Below are positions 7,108-16,033 of a stretch of 64,000 nt of DNA, one piece after another (the stretch's first letter is position 1; each line of letters begins with the position of its first letter). Origin of the DNA: a virus (taxonomy: Duplodnaviria > Caudoviricetes). The notes beneath the pieces were generated by a model. That model saw nothing but the letters and a program-made list of their open reading frames with translations, was not told the origin of the DNA and searched no databases. The translations under genes were made by a program, and so were the position numbers. Location of the stretch: IMG/VR virus record IMGVR_UViG_3300014205_000002, positions 1-64,000 of that record; one strand, given 5' to 3'.

Positions 7108-9305
7108 TGGATACCCGGCATGTCTTTGAGCGCTCGTTTGACGCGCTGATGCAGAACCCGCGCGCGAACGACTCCGCGATCCGTCGCCAGGTGCTGGGGG
7201 AGTTCGAGGACATCCCCCAGCCCGCTAAGCCGCCCGAGGGCAAGGCCGACTACCCCAAGGCGATCGGCCCTGATGAGGCGCTGCATCGCGTCATGGCGAG
7301 CAAGAACCATCAGCACAACCTTTCTGCGATGCCGCCCGCCGAGCGCAAACAGTGGATGGACATGTACGCCCACCGCTGGCTGGAAGGTCGGCACTTCACC
7401 CTGGTCGACCTGGCCCTGGAAAAGCTCGACCGCAAGGCCTTCGACCTCGACGAGCAGAAGGTCCAGAGCCTGGTCGACAAGCCGCCGAAGGACGACGGCA
7501 ACTTCCCGATCGTCAGCGGCTTTGATAAGAACGAGGGAGCCGAGCACGTCATCCTGGATGGCAACCACCGGGCCGAGGCGGCGATTCGCCGGGGAGACAA
7601 GACCATGCGCGCCTATGTTCGCGACGACCTGATCGAGGGCGGTGGCGCGTTTGCCGAGACCTGCGCCAAGGTCGCCTTCGACTTCCTCAAGGGCCTGGTG
7701 CCCGCCGCCAAAGCCCACATCAACTACATCGCCGCGACTGCTGGCGAGGCCCGCGCCCATGAGGTCGCGGACCTTGCGCACCACATCGTTGAGGGGCGCA
7801 AGAACCGCAAGGACAAGCGGGTTAAACTCAACGACGTCCTGGCCGTCCACCGCCAGGCCATGCTGAGCAAGAACGCCGCGCTCCTGCAAGCCGAGGACCT
7901 CGACGCCATGGCCGGCAAGGCTGACCTCCTGCGAGAGGTCGAGGCAATTCATGGGGGATGCGTGGCGGACCATGCCGCAGAGCTGGCGGGCGATGGCCCA
8001 GTCACGCGCGAGCATATCCAGACGGCCTGCTTCGCGAAAGCCGATGCGCCCAAGCCTGGCGAGAAGGGCTACTCGGACTACTTCTCCCGCGTCCTGAAAG
8101 AGAAGCTCGGCCAGAGCGAGAAGACAGCCGCGCTATTTGATCTGCCCGGCGTGGCTGAAGAACGCCAGCACCATGCTGACGACATTCGCCGCCATGCCGA
8201 AGCTTTAATCGCCTCTGATGCCAAATTCAAGGGGCACACGGCCGAGGTGGACGCAAACCCAGTGCGCATCCTCGGACTGTGGCACAGTCGCAAGCCGCGC
8301 TACTTTATTGACGTCAACATCAAGGATCCGGAGGGGAAGGCCATAACCGCCCCCGCTGGCGACGTCATTCAGCCAGGCCTTTCACTCACAATCGATCCCG
8401 ACAAGAGCTATCTGGATGGACTTAGCATTGCACCAGGGTTTCATGGGCGCGGCTATGGTGCGGCGTTGATGGGGATCTCCGAACGTCTGGCTTCCGATTC
8501 GGGCACCAAGCGCATCGGCGCGCATTCCGTCAACCCGATCTCCGCGCGCATGGCGCTCGGGGCTGGCTACCAGGTAGTAGGTCGACCAGAGGTGAAGGCA
8601 GAGCACATTCATATCGAGCGTGACAAGGGCCAAGAGTGGGACCTGGAGCGTCCAAACACCAGTCGCGGGCCGATTGGCCATGTGAGCGAAGGCCGCGAGA
8701 ATCCGTTCTCCTTGCTCACGCCCATCCGGAACCACTGGGGGCGCACGGCGGAAAAAGCGGCCGCAGACGACAGCGAGCGCCCCACCGTGTTCCTCGGCGG
8801 CAAGGTCTCTGGGCCTGACGGCAACTGGCGCAAGTCGATCGCCGACGGCATCCGCGACGCCGGCTGGGATGCCATCGACCCGAAGAAGAAGACCTGGACG
8901 CCCGAGAAGGACATCTACAAGGAGGTCGAGGGCATGCTCAATGCTGACCTGGTGGTATTCCATGAAGGCGGTACCTTCACGAAGCGTGAGAAAAAGCTCC
9001 TAGACGCTGTGGGCAAGCCCTACACCGAGGTCGATACCCCCGACGAGGTGCGCGAGCTCGTGGGCGACCCAGCGACCGCAGGCATGCTCGCCAAGGCCGC
9101 CTTCAATGCATCCTTGATCGTCGATCCGATCCGAAAGTTTACGCCCTCGGTATTCCCCCAAGACGCATTCGGTCACCCCATCACCAGCCTGCGCGCGGCC
9201 GCCGCCGGGGACAGCGCCATGCTGATCCTGCTGCGGCGCATCCGCGAGAACCCTGCCGACTTCCATGGCATCATCGCCCTGAACGCGATGCTCGCCGCCC
9301 GCTAA
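7107..9305 (+). CDS. polyvalent protein: ParB/Srx-like + GNAT acetyltransferase + nucleoside 2-deoxyribosyltransferase-like domains
   Basis: ILDGNHRAEAA (ParB-like); IAPGFHGRGYGAALM (GNAT motif A); VFLGG...WR...IDP...EVEGMLNADLVVF (NDT-like). Confidence 0.75.
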   Translation: MDTRHVFERSFDALMQNPRANDSAIRRQVLGEFEDIPQPAKPPEGKADYPKAIGPDEALHRVMASKNHQHNLSAMPPAERKQWMDMYAHRWLEGRHFTLVDLALEKLDRKAFDLDEQKVQSLVDKPPKDDGNFPIVSGFDKNEGAEHVILDGNHRAEAAIRRGDKTMRAYVRDDLIEGGGAFAETCAKVAFDFLKGLVPAAKAHINYIAATAGEARAHEVADLAHHIVEGRKNRKDKRVKLNDVLAVHRQAMLSKNAALLQAEDLDAMAGKADLLREVEAIHGGCVADHAAELAGDGPVTREHIQTACFAKADAPKPGEKGYSDYFSRVLKEKLGQSEKTAALFDLPGVAEERQHHADDIRRHAEALIASDAKFKGHTAEVDANPVRILGLWHSRKPRYFIDVNIKDPEGKAITAPAGDVIQPGLSLTIDPDKSYLDGLSIAPGFHGRGYGAALMGISERLASDSGTKRIGAHSVNPISARMALGAGYQVVGRPEVKAEHIHIERDKGQEWDLERPNTSRGPIGHVSEGRENPFSLLTPIRNHWGRTAEKAAADDSERPTVFLGGKVSGPDGNWRKSIADGIRDAGWDAIDPKKKTWTPEKDIYKEVEGMLNADLVVFHEGGTFTKREKKLLDAVGKPYTEVDTPDEVRELVGDPATAGMLAKAAFNASLIVDPIRKFTPSVFPQDAFGHPITSLRAAAAGDSAMLILLRRIRENPADFHGIIALNAMLAAR

Positions 9306-9315
9306 GGAGTAGCCC

Positions 9316-9888
9316 GTGAACCAGCACATCTCGCCCTACCGGGCCTTCTTGAACCACGCGATGGCCGGCCACAACATGGCCCCGCCGACGGTGCCGTTCG
9401 ACCACCAAGAGTCGGTCAGCAACCAGGACAGCACGGCGATCGCCAGGCTCCTGCCCGTCGTCGACGACGTCATCCTCGCGGGCGGGCGTATCGCCAAAGG
9501 ACTCGTGAAGATGAAGTTCGCCAAGGTCGACGAAGCGAGTGGGCTTCCAGAGGTGGTCGCGCACCCTTACCGGCATGCGCTGCCAAAAGAGCTGATCGGT
9601 GGTGCGGCTGCGACTCTCGTTGGCGCGACGCCTTTCGGTATGTGGGCGGGCCGGGCCATGGCCGCGCGCGATCACTCGCGTGCGATCCGTGGAATGGGCG
9701 ACAAGGCGAACGATCTGCCGACGAGCGTTCGCCACCCCTACGCCGTCCAGACCGCGCTCGACTTTGCGGTGACACCGTTGCTCTCAGGCCTCGCCGCATC
9801 CGTGATTCACCGCGGCGAGAAGCAGGACTATGTCGCCGATCAGCAGCGGCTGGAGAAGTCCAAGGCTGCCTACCAGCTGTACGCATAA
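9316..9888 (+). CDS. glycine-zipper protein, paralogue of 52738-53241
   Basis: AAGGAG RBS and GTG start; ISPYRAF tag-like segment; HPY...GGAAA...HSRAI...VRHPY. Confidence 0.65.
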   Translation: MNQHISPYRAFLNHAMAGHNMAPPTVPFDHQESVSNQDSTAIARLLPVVDDVILAGGRIAKGLVKMKFAKVDEASGLPEVVAHPYRHALPKELIGGAAATLVGATPFGMWAGRAMAARDHSRAIRGMGDKANDLPTSVRHPYAVQTALDFAVTPLLSGLAASVIHRGEKQDYVADQQRLEKSKAAYQLYA

Positions 9889-9897
9889 GGAGCCCCG

Positions 9898-12800
9898 ATG
9901 CGCACACCCCAAGAAGTCCACGCGGCCGTCATCGAGCAGGTCAAGGAAGGCCTCAAGACCGCCTTCCCGATCGGCACGGTGAACCGCCAGCTCCACCTCG
10001 TGGATGTCCATGTCGACGAGCAGGCGTCACACGACGACTACGAGAGCCAGAAGATCGCAATCATGGGCAGCAAGACCTGGGGCGCGCCGATGTCAGCGAC
10101 CGTCGAGCTGCGCGACGCCGCGGGCCGGGCCATCGACCAGAAGAAGGTGCGCCTGGGCCTGCTGCCCACCGTGACCAACCGGCACACCTACATCGTCAAC
10201 GGCAAGGAGTACCAGGTCAGCCACCAGCAGCGGCTGCGCTCGGGCGTCTACACGAAGCTCAACCGCCTGGGTGAGCCCGTCGCCGACTTCAACCTCGCCA
10301 AGGGCCGCAACTTCTCGGTGGTGCTTGATCCGGCGTCGAGCCGCTTCGACCTCAAGTACGCGAACACCCACGTGCCGCTCTATCCCGTCGTCAAGCATGT
10401 CTTCGGCTACCCCAGTCTGGGGATGGGTGACGAGAGCTTCAATACGCCCATGAGCGAGGAGCAAGAGTTCACGGCGCTGCGCACGCTGCATGCGGAGGTG
10501 CTCGCGGGCAAGCCCGTGCCCGAGGAGAACGGCGCGCTGGTGAGCAGCCTCAAGGAGGCCTTCGGTAAGACCATGCTCGACAGCGCGATCACAGAGAAGA
10601 CGCTGGGCACGGGCCACACCATCGTAAACGGCGACGCCCTGATCGACGCCGCGCACCAGGTGCTGCGCATCCATCGCGGCGAGGTCGCGCCGACGACCAA
10701 GGAACAGATGGCCTACGCGGAGATCCATGGCGTCGAGGATCTCCTGCGCGAGCGCCTGGAGAAGAACCGCTTCGCGATCGCGGGCAAGGTCCGGCGCACG
10801 CTCGATCGCGCGCAGAAGGTCGGCGAGGTCAACCTCCAGTCGGCGGTCCAGCCTCTGCTGACGGGCTTCTTCACGCAGAGCGCGCTCTCCAGCAACCCCG
10901 TTCAGGTGAACCCGTTGGAGATGCGCGAAAACGCCTACAAGATCACCCGCCTTGGCGAGGGCGGCATCTCCGACACCAACGCCATTCCCACAGAGGTCCG
11001 AAACGTCCACCCGAGCCAGGCGGGATTCATCGACCCTGTGAGGACGCCCGACAACGCCCGGGCAGGCATCGACGTGCGCGCAGGCCTGGGCGTCACCAAG
11101 CGTGGCAAGCAGCTCGTCGCGACGGTCGTGGACGCGCGCACCGGCGACAAGGTGCAGCACACGCCCGTGGAGTTGTTCGACAAGGTCGTCGCCCATGACG
11201 CCGAGTCCGCCGAGGATGGTCGCATCCGGGCGATTCACCGCGGCAAGCTCGTGAGCGTGCGCCCCGACCAGGTGGACTTCCACATCCCCACCGAGCAGAT
11301 GTTCACGGTCTCGACCGCCATGGTGCCGTTCGTGCCGAACTCGCATGCGCACCGCGTCGCCATGGGCGCGAAGATGTTGGGCCAGGCGCTCTCGCTGACG
11401 GATCGCGAAGCCCCGATCGTCGACACCAATCACTCGGACGAGAGCCTCAAGGGCATCCTGCCGGTGGCTCCGGTTGCGGGCCTGGTCCGGGCGATCGCCC
11501 AGGGGCACCTGGTGATCGCCGGCGAAGACGGCAAAGACCACCGGGTCAACTTCCCCCACGAGTTCCCGCTCAACGGCGGCAGCTACCTGCACACCGATCT
11601 GCATGTGAAGGCGGGCGACCAGGTGACGGCGGGCCAGGTGCTCGGCGACAGCAACTTCTCGAAGGATGGCCGCATCGCGCTCGGCAAGAACCTGCACGTG
11701 GCCTACATCCCATACAAGGGTCTGAACTACGAGGACGGCCTGGTCTTGACCGAGTCTGGCGCGCGCAAGCTCACGAGCAACCACCTCCACACCGAGGAGT
11801 TGGAACTCGACGGGCGGACCATGCACGACATCGAGAAGTACCGCGCGCACTTCCCCGGCGCGCTCGGCCGCGACCAGGTGGCGAAGCTCGACGCCAAGGG
11901 CGTGGTTCGCGTCGGACAGACCCTGTCGGCGGGCGACCCGATCATGGCGGTACTGCGCCAGCGGCCGCAGAACCCTGAGCAGCTCGTGCTCGGCAAGGTC
12001 CATAAGTCGCTCGCGGAGCCCTACAAGGACGACTCAATCACCTGGGACAAGACCTACGACGGCCGGGTCACCGCGGTCCACCATGACGGATCCAACATCA
12101 AGGTCACCGTCGAGGCTCAGGCACCCGCCCAGGTCGGCGACAAGCTCTGTGGCCGTTATGGCAACAAGGGGGTTGTGACAGCAATCATCTCCGACGACCA
12201 CGCGCCCCACACCGCGGACGGCAAGGTGCCGGATCTGCTGATTAACCCGGCCGGCCTGATCTCGCGCATGAACAACGGCCAAATCTACGAGGTCGTGGTC
12301 GGTCGCGCGCTCCAGAAGCTTGGCATCCCCAGCCGGCGCTTCGATCAGTTCGGCAAGGGTGACACGCATGAGCAGGTCACGCGCCTGGTCGAAGCCGCGG
12401 GATCGGGTGACGGCGACGAGATGTTCGACCCCGACACCAAGCGATCGATCGGTCACGTCATGAACGGCCCGATGTATGTGCTCAAGCTGTTTAAGCAGGC
12501 CGAGAGCGGGTTCAGCGCGCGCGCCGGCGGCGAGTACGATCTGGATCTCAGGCCGGCCAAGGGCGGCACCGAGGGTGCGAAGTCGGTGGGCCACCTCGAC
12601 TTTTTCGGCCTGCTCGCGCACGGTTCCAAGAACCTGCTGCGGGAGGCGGCAACCTACAAGGCTGAGCGGAACCCCGAGGTGGTGGCCCAGATGTGGCGAG
12701 GGGCTCCTTTGCCTCCACCTAAGCCCACCTTCGCTTACCGCAAGTTCGAGGCGATGCTCAAGGGCATGGGCGTGAACGTCGCCAAGGACGGCTCCAAGAT

Positions 12801-15765
12801 GACGCTCCTGCCGATGACCGACAAGGATGTCCTGGCCGTTTCGTCTGGGGCCATCACCAAGCCGTTGATGGTAAACGCGAAGCCCGACCCTGTCACCAAC
12901 CTGCCATTCCGACCCGAGGAGGGCGGCATCTTCGACCCAGTCGCCACCGGCGGCCTGGTCGGCAATCGCTGGAGCCACATCCCTCTGGCCGAGGGCGTGG
13001 TCAACCCCATGTTCGCGAAGCCCGCGCGCACGATCCTCGGCCTGGGCAAACAGGAGTTCGAGGAGATGCTCGCCCGCGAGGGCGCGCATGGGATCGGCCA
13101 GCGCCTCGACGCGATCGACCCCGCCGCTCGGATCGGCGTGCTCCAGCGCGAGCTCGTGAACACCAATGCGGTCGCGCGCAGGGACACGATCCACAAGCAG
13201 ATCAAGTACCTGTCGGCCCTGGAGCGCAACGGCCTGCGACCGAAGGAAGCCTACATCCTGAACCATCTGCCGGTGATCCCGCCGTCGATGCGTCCAGTCT
13301 ACCCGGACGCCAACACGGGCGACCTCGTGACCTCCGATGCGAACCAGCTCTACCAGCACTTGCTGATGATCAACGAGCAGCTCGCGAAGCACACCGCCGA
13401 CGGCGATCCGGACATGGTGCGCGAGCTGCGCCAGGGCCTGCACGAGGCGGTCTCGCGCGTGCAAGGCCTGGACGCGACGACGGCGGCCGCCTCGGGCGAA
13501 CGTGAACCCCAGGGCTTCCTGCGGGTGATCGCCGGCGCGCGAGCGAAGGATGGCTTCTTCCAGAGCAAGCTGATCTCCCGCCGGCAGGACATCGCTGGCC
13601 GCGGCGTCGCCGTGCCGAGCCCCACGCTCGGGCTCGACCAGATCGGGCTGCCCGAGGACATGGCCTGGAAGCTCTACCGCAACCACGCGATGGGTGAACT
13701 CTCGCGCGCGGGCGTGCCGCTCAAGGATGCAGCCAAGGACGTCGCCGAGCGGACCGATCGCGCGAAGAAGGCCTTGGAGGCGTCGATGAATGCGAGCCCC
13801 GCGATCATGACGCGCGCACCCAGCCTGCATCGCTTCAACGTCCAGGCGTTCAAGCCGCAGCTGGTCGCGGGCAAGTCGATCGAGGTCAACACCCTGATCC
13901 ACAAGGGATTTAACCTTGACCACGATGGTGATTGCTGTCTGGGAACAGTGGTTATAGCGCGCAAATCGGCCGATTTTGAGTTGACAAATTCCACATTTAA
14001 TCGCACACTGAATTCGTCGCCCAAAATAATGGCCGGGGGTGTCGCGATGTTGCTCAAAGAATCTTATGTGCCGGTGGTGAGTGGCTACACGTACGAGGTT
14101 GTCGATCTCGCTGACTTCCCACGCCTGGAAGACACCAAACGCACTAAGGAGAACGGCAACTCGTTCTACGACGTGCCGGAGGGCATCCATGTGTTCGCCT
14201 ACGACCCCGCCGATGGCCGAATTAAGCTGTTCCCGGTAACGGAGTACAGCGTTCACCCCAACCTCCAAATGGTGAAGGTGACCACCCGTTCTGGTCGCAC
14301 GGTGGATTGTTCCGAGGATCACTCGCTCTATGGCATCGATCCCCGGACGCTCGTCGTTCAAAAAATGAAGCCGCCTGAGTCATTGGGCTGCCTGATTCCT
14401 CGCCCGCGCAAGGTGACGACGACTGAGTCCGTGAGCACGATCCCGATGGGCACGAAGCACAACGCGAACGAAGGTCACGCCGGTCGTTACGTGATCGCCG
14501 ATCACCTGGAGCTAGATCTTGAGTCTGGCTGGTTTATCGGCGCTATGGCGGGGGATGGATACGCTTCACGGGAGGGTGGCCGGCTTGGTTTCTGTAACGT
14601 CGCGCAGCCCACTTTCGATCGCATCAAGGAGTTCCTGCTCATTCGTGTCTGCGCTGGGTTGTCCTTCTCGGAGCATGACAACCCCCACGACTTCGACGGC
14701 CATGCATGTTTCAGTCGCAAATTGCACTGGACGAGCAAGTCGCTCAATGCCTTCGTGGCGGAGCAGATCGGCCAGGACTCCGAGAACAAGCACCTTCCGA
14801 CTTACTGGATCGCCTCACCCGAGTCATTCCGCTGGGGCCTATTGGCTGGCCTGCTCGATACGGACGGCCGCGTGATGAAGACCGTCGCCCAAGGTGGCCG
14901 GAAAATAAACTGGCACGTGGGCTACGACTCGAAGAGCGAGCAACTCATTGACGAGGTATTGATGCTCTGCTCGACGCTCGGCGTTCGCGCTACCAAACGC
15001 GCCTATAAGAACAAGAAGGGCCTAGCCTACTATCAGGCAGCCATGTCGGTGACGGACGTCCGCACGTACGCGAATAAGATCCTGCTTTCGACGCCCGCCA
15101 AGGCCGGGGCCCTCTTGGAGATGGTGGCTGCATCGCCGGAGAACCAGTCCACGCATGACACGATCCCGGTGCCGCGCGAGCTGGCCCTCGCGCTCAGGAA
15201 GACCTTCGGTGCTCCGCGGGATGCCGACGGTCGCCACAAGAGTCTCTACATCTTAATCGACAAGGCTACGAAGAAGGGCGGCATGAACCGCGACACAGCC
15301 AAGGAAGTCATCCGTCGCATCGGCGATGCTCGTGTGGGTGAGATGCCGCTCGGTGCGCGTTGGCTCACGATCGTCAACACCGACGAGACGCTCTGGGACG
15401 AGGTCGTCAAGATCGAAAAGAGCGAGTCCGGCGTGACCGCCTACGATATGACCGTTCCAGGCTCCTGGACTTTTATGCTCGCCAACGGCCTGGTTGTCCA
15501 GGATTGCGTAACCATCCATGTGCCCGTCACGCCCGAGGGCGCGAGCGACGCGTTCCAGATGTTGCCCTCGAACAACCTGTACGCGACCCTGAATGGCGCG
15601 CCCGTGCATGTGCCGACGCAGGAGACTATTATGGGTCTCTACAAGGTGACGAGCGTTGGCCACAAGCCTCCTGTCGCCAAGTTCGCTTCCCGCGCGGATG
15701 CGGTCGCCGCCTATCAGCGTGGCGAAGTGCGCGTCCACGACCCGATCGAGATCCTGGAGGGCTGA
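9898..15765 (+). CDS. rpoBC: DNA-directed RNA polymerase, beta subunit fused to the N-terminal half of beta', intein-containing
   Basis: beta motifs GDKLCGRYGNKG, NPAGLISRMNNGQ, GPMYVLKL; beta' motifs LPVIPPSMRP, TSDANQLY, RAPSLHR, catalytic NLDHDGD. Confidence 0.95.
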   Translation: MRTPQEVHAAVIEQVKEGLKTAFPIGTVNRQLHLVDVHVDEQASHDDYESQKIAIMGSKTWGAPMSATVELRDAAGRAIDQKKVRLGLLPTVTNRHTYIVNGKEYQVSHQQRLRSGVYTKLNRLGEPVADFNLAKGRNFSVVLDPASSRFDLKYANTHVPLYPVVKHVFGYPSLGMGDESFNTPMSEEQEFTALRTLHAEVLAGKPVPEENGALVSSLKEAFGKTMLDSAITEKTLGTGHTIVNGDALIDAAHQVLRIHRGEVAPTTKEQMAYAEIHGVEDLLRERLEKNRFAIAGKVRRTLDRAQKVGEVNLQSAVQPLLTGFFTQSALSSNPVQVNPLEMRENAYKITRLGEGGISDTNAIPTEVRNVHPSQAGFIDPVRTPDNARAGIDVRAGLGVTKRGKQLVATVVDARTGDKVQHTPVELFDKVVAHDAESAEDGRIRAIHRGKLVSVRPDQVDFHIPTEQMFTVSTAMVPFVPNSHAHRVAMGAKMLGQALSLTDREAPIVDTNHSDESLKGILPVAPVAGLVRAIAQGHLVIAGEDGKDHRVNFPHEFPLNGGSYLHTDLHVKAGDQVTAGQVLGDSNFSKDGRIALGKNLHVAYIPYKGLNYEDGLVLTESGARKLTSNHLHTEELELDGRTMHDIEKYRAHFPGALGRDQVAKLDAKGVVRVGQTLSAGDPIMAVLRQRPQNPEQLVLGKVHKSLAEPYKDDSITWDKTYDGRVTAVHHDGSNIKVTVEAQAPAQVGDKLCGRYGNKGVVTAIISDDHAPHTADGKVPDLLINPAGLISRMNNGQIYEVVVGRALQKLGIPSRRFDQFGKGDTHEQVTRLVEAAGSGDGDEMFDPDTKRSIGHVMNGPMYVLKLFKQAESGFSARAGGEYDLDLRPAKGGTEGAKSVGHLDFFGLLAHGSKNLLREAATYKAERNPEVVAQMWRGAPLPPPKPTFAYRKFEAMLKGMGVNVAKDGSKMTLLPMTDKDVLAVSSGAITKPLMVNAKPDPVTNLPFRPEEGGIFDPVATGGLVGNRWSHIPLAEGVVNPMFAKPARTILGLGKQEFEEMLAREGAHGIGQRLDAIDPAARIGVLQRELVNTNAVARRDTIHKQIKYLSALERNGLRPKEAYILNHLPVIPPSMRPVYPDANTGDLVTSDANQLYQHLLMINEQLAKHTADGDPDMVRELRQGLHEAVSRVQGLDATTAAASGEREPQGFLRVIAGARAKDGFFQSKLISRRQDIAGRGVAVPSPTLGLDQIGLPEDMAWKLYRNHAMGELSRAGVPLKDAAKDVAERTDRAKKALEASMNASPAIMTRAPSLHRFNVQAFKPQLVAGKSIEVNTLIHKGFNLDHDGDCCLGTVVIARKSADFELTNSTFNRTLNSSPKIMAGGVAMLLKESYVPVVSGYTYEVVDLADFPRLEDTKRTKENGNSFYDVPEGIHVFAYDPADGRIKLFPVTEYSVHPNLQMVKVTTRSGRTVDCSEDHSLYGIDPRTLVVQKMKPPESLGCLIPRPRKVTTTESVSTIPMGTKHNANEGHAGRYVIADHLELDLESGWFIGAMAGDGYASREGGRLGFCNVAQPTFDRIKEFLLIRVCAGLSFSEHDNPHDFDGHACFSRKLHWTSKSLNAFVAEQIGQDSENKHLPTYWIASPESFRWGLLAGLLDTDGRVMKTVAQGGRKINWHVGYDSKSEQLIDEVLMLCSTLGVRATKRAYKNKKGLAYYQAAMSVTDVRTYANKILLSTPAKAGALLEMVAASPENQSTHDTIPVPRELALALRKTFGAPRDADGRHKSLYILIDKATKKGGMNRDTAKEVIRRIGDARVGEMPLGARWLTIVNTDETLWDEVVKIEKSESGVTAYDMTVPGSWTFMLANGLVVQDCVTIHVPVTPEGASDAFQMLPSNNLYATLNGAPVHVPTQETIMGLYKVTSVGHKPPVAKFASRADAVAAYQRGEVRVHDPIEILEG
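13933..15504 (+). mobile_element. intein (524 aa) with LAGLIDADG homing endonuclease
   Basis: Starts with Cys after DHDGD; block B CSEDH; GAMAGDG and LAGLLDTDG; block F/G YDMTV...LANGLVVQD then Cys; removal gives DHDGD-CVTIHVP, matching cellular DFDGD-QMAVHVP. Confidence 0.9.
13981..14009 (+). promoter_or_regulatory. possible sigma70-type promoter inside the intein
   Basis: TTGACA-17 nt-CACACT in an AT-rich insert, upstream of GGGGGTG and in-frame ATG 14047. Confidence 0.35.
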
Positions 15766-16001
15766 TGCTCCATAACCTGTTTTCCGTGCCCCAGGCCGTC
15801 AGCACCGCGCAGGCGCGCGGGCAGTCGCACACCGACGGCATCCTGACCTGCTCGGGCTGTAGTCTGGTCAGTCCAAAGGTCCAGATCCCCACCGGCAGTC
15901 TGCCCGAGAGCGAGTGGAAGGGGTACGCCCTGCGCTTTACGGGATGGATCGACGACTGTCCGGCGTGCGAGGCCAAGAAGGCTGCTGGCCGGGCGCTATA
16001 A
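15765..16001 (+). CDS. small zinc-finger protein
   Basis: TGATG coupling to the RNAP stop; CSGC...CPAC. Confidence 0.6.
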   Translation: MLHNLFSVPQAVSTAQARGQSHTDGILTCSGCSLVSPKVQIPTGSLPESEWKGYALRFTGWIDDCPACEAKKAAGRAL

Positions 16002-16003
16002 TA
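15997..16003 (+). promoter_or_regulatory. TATAATA phage promoter
   Basis: GCTATAATACCC about 30 nt upstream of ATG 16034. Confidence 0.7.
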
Positions 16004-16033
16004 CCCTTGCCCGTTCACGAGGAGCTACCGCTT

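Noticed and set aside
13930-13938. Alternative intein boundaries (start at the second Cys, or end at Gln)
   Set aside because: These leave an extra residue in the conserved DGD-x-x-x-x-HVP register or need Asp as the +1 nucleophile
10093-14361. Long minus-strand ORFs (636 and 775 aa) opposite the RNAP, and similar ones opposite the MCP, sheath and fibre genes
   Set aside because: Antisense shadow frames typical of high-GC3 genes; no motifs or RBS, and the sense genes are clearly identified
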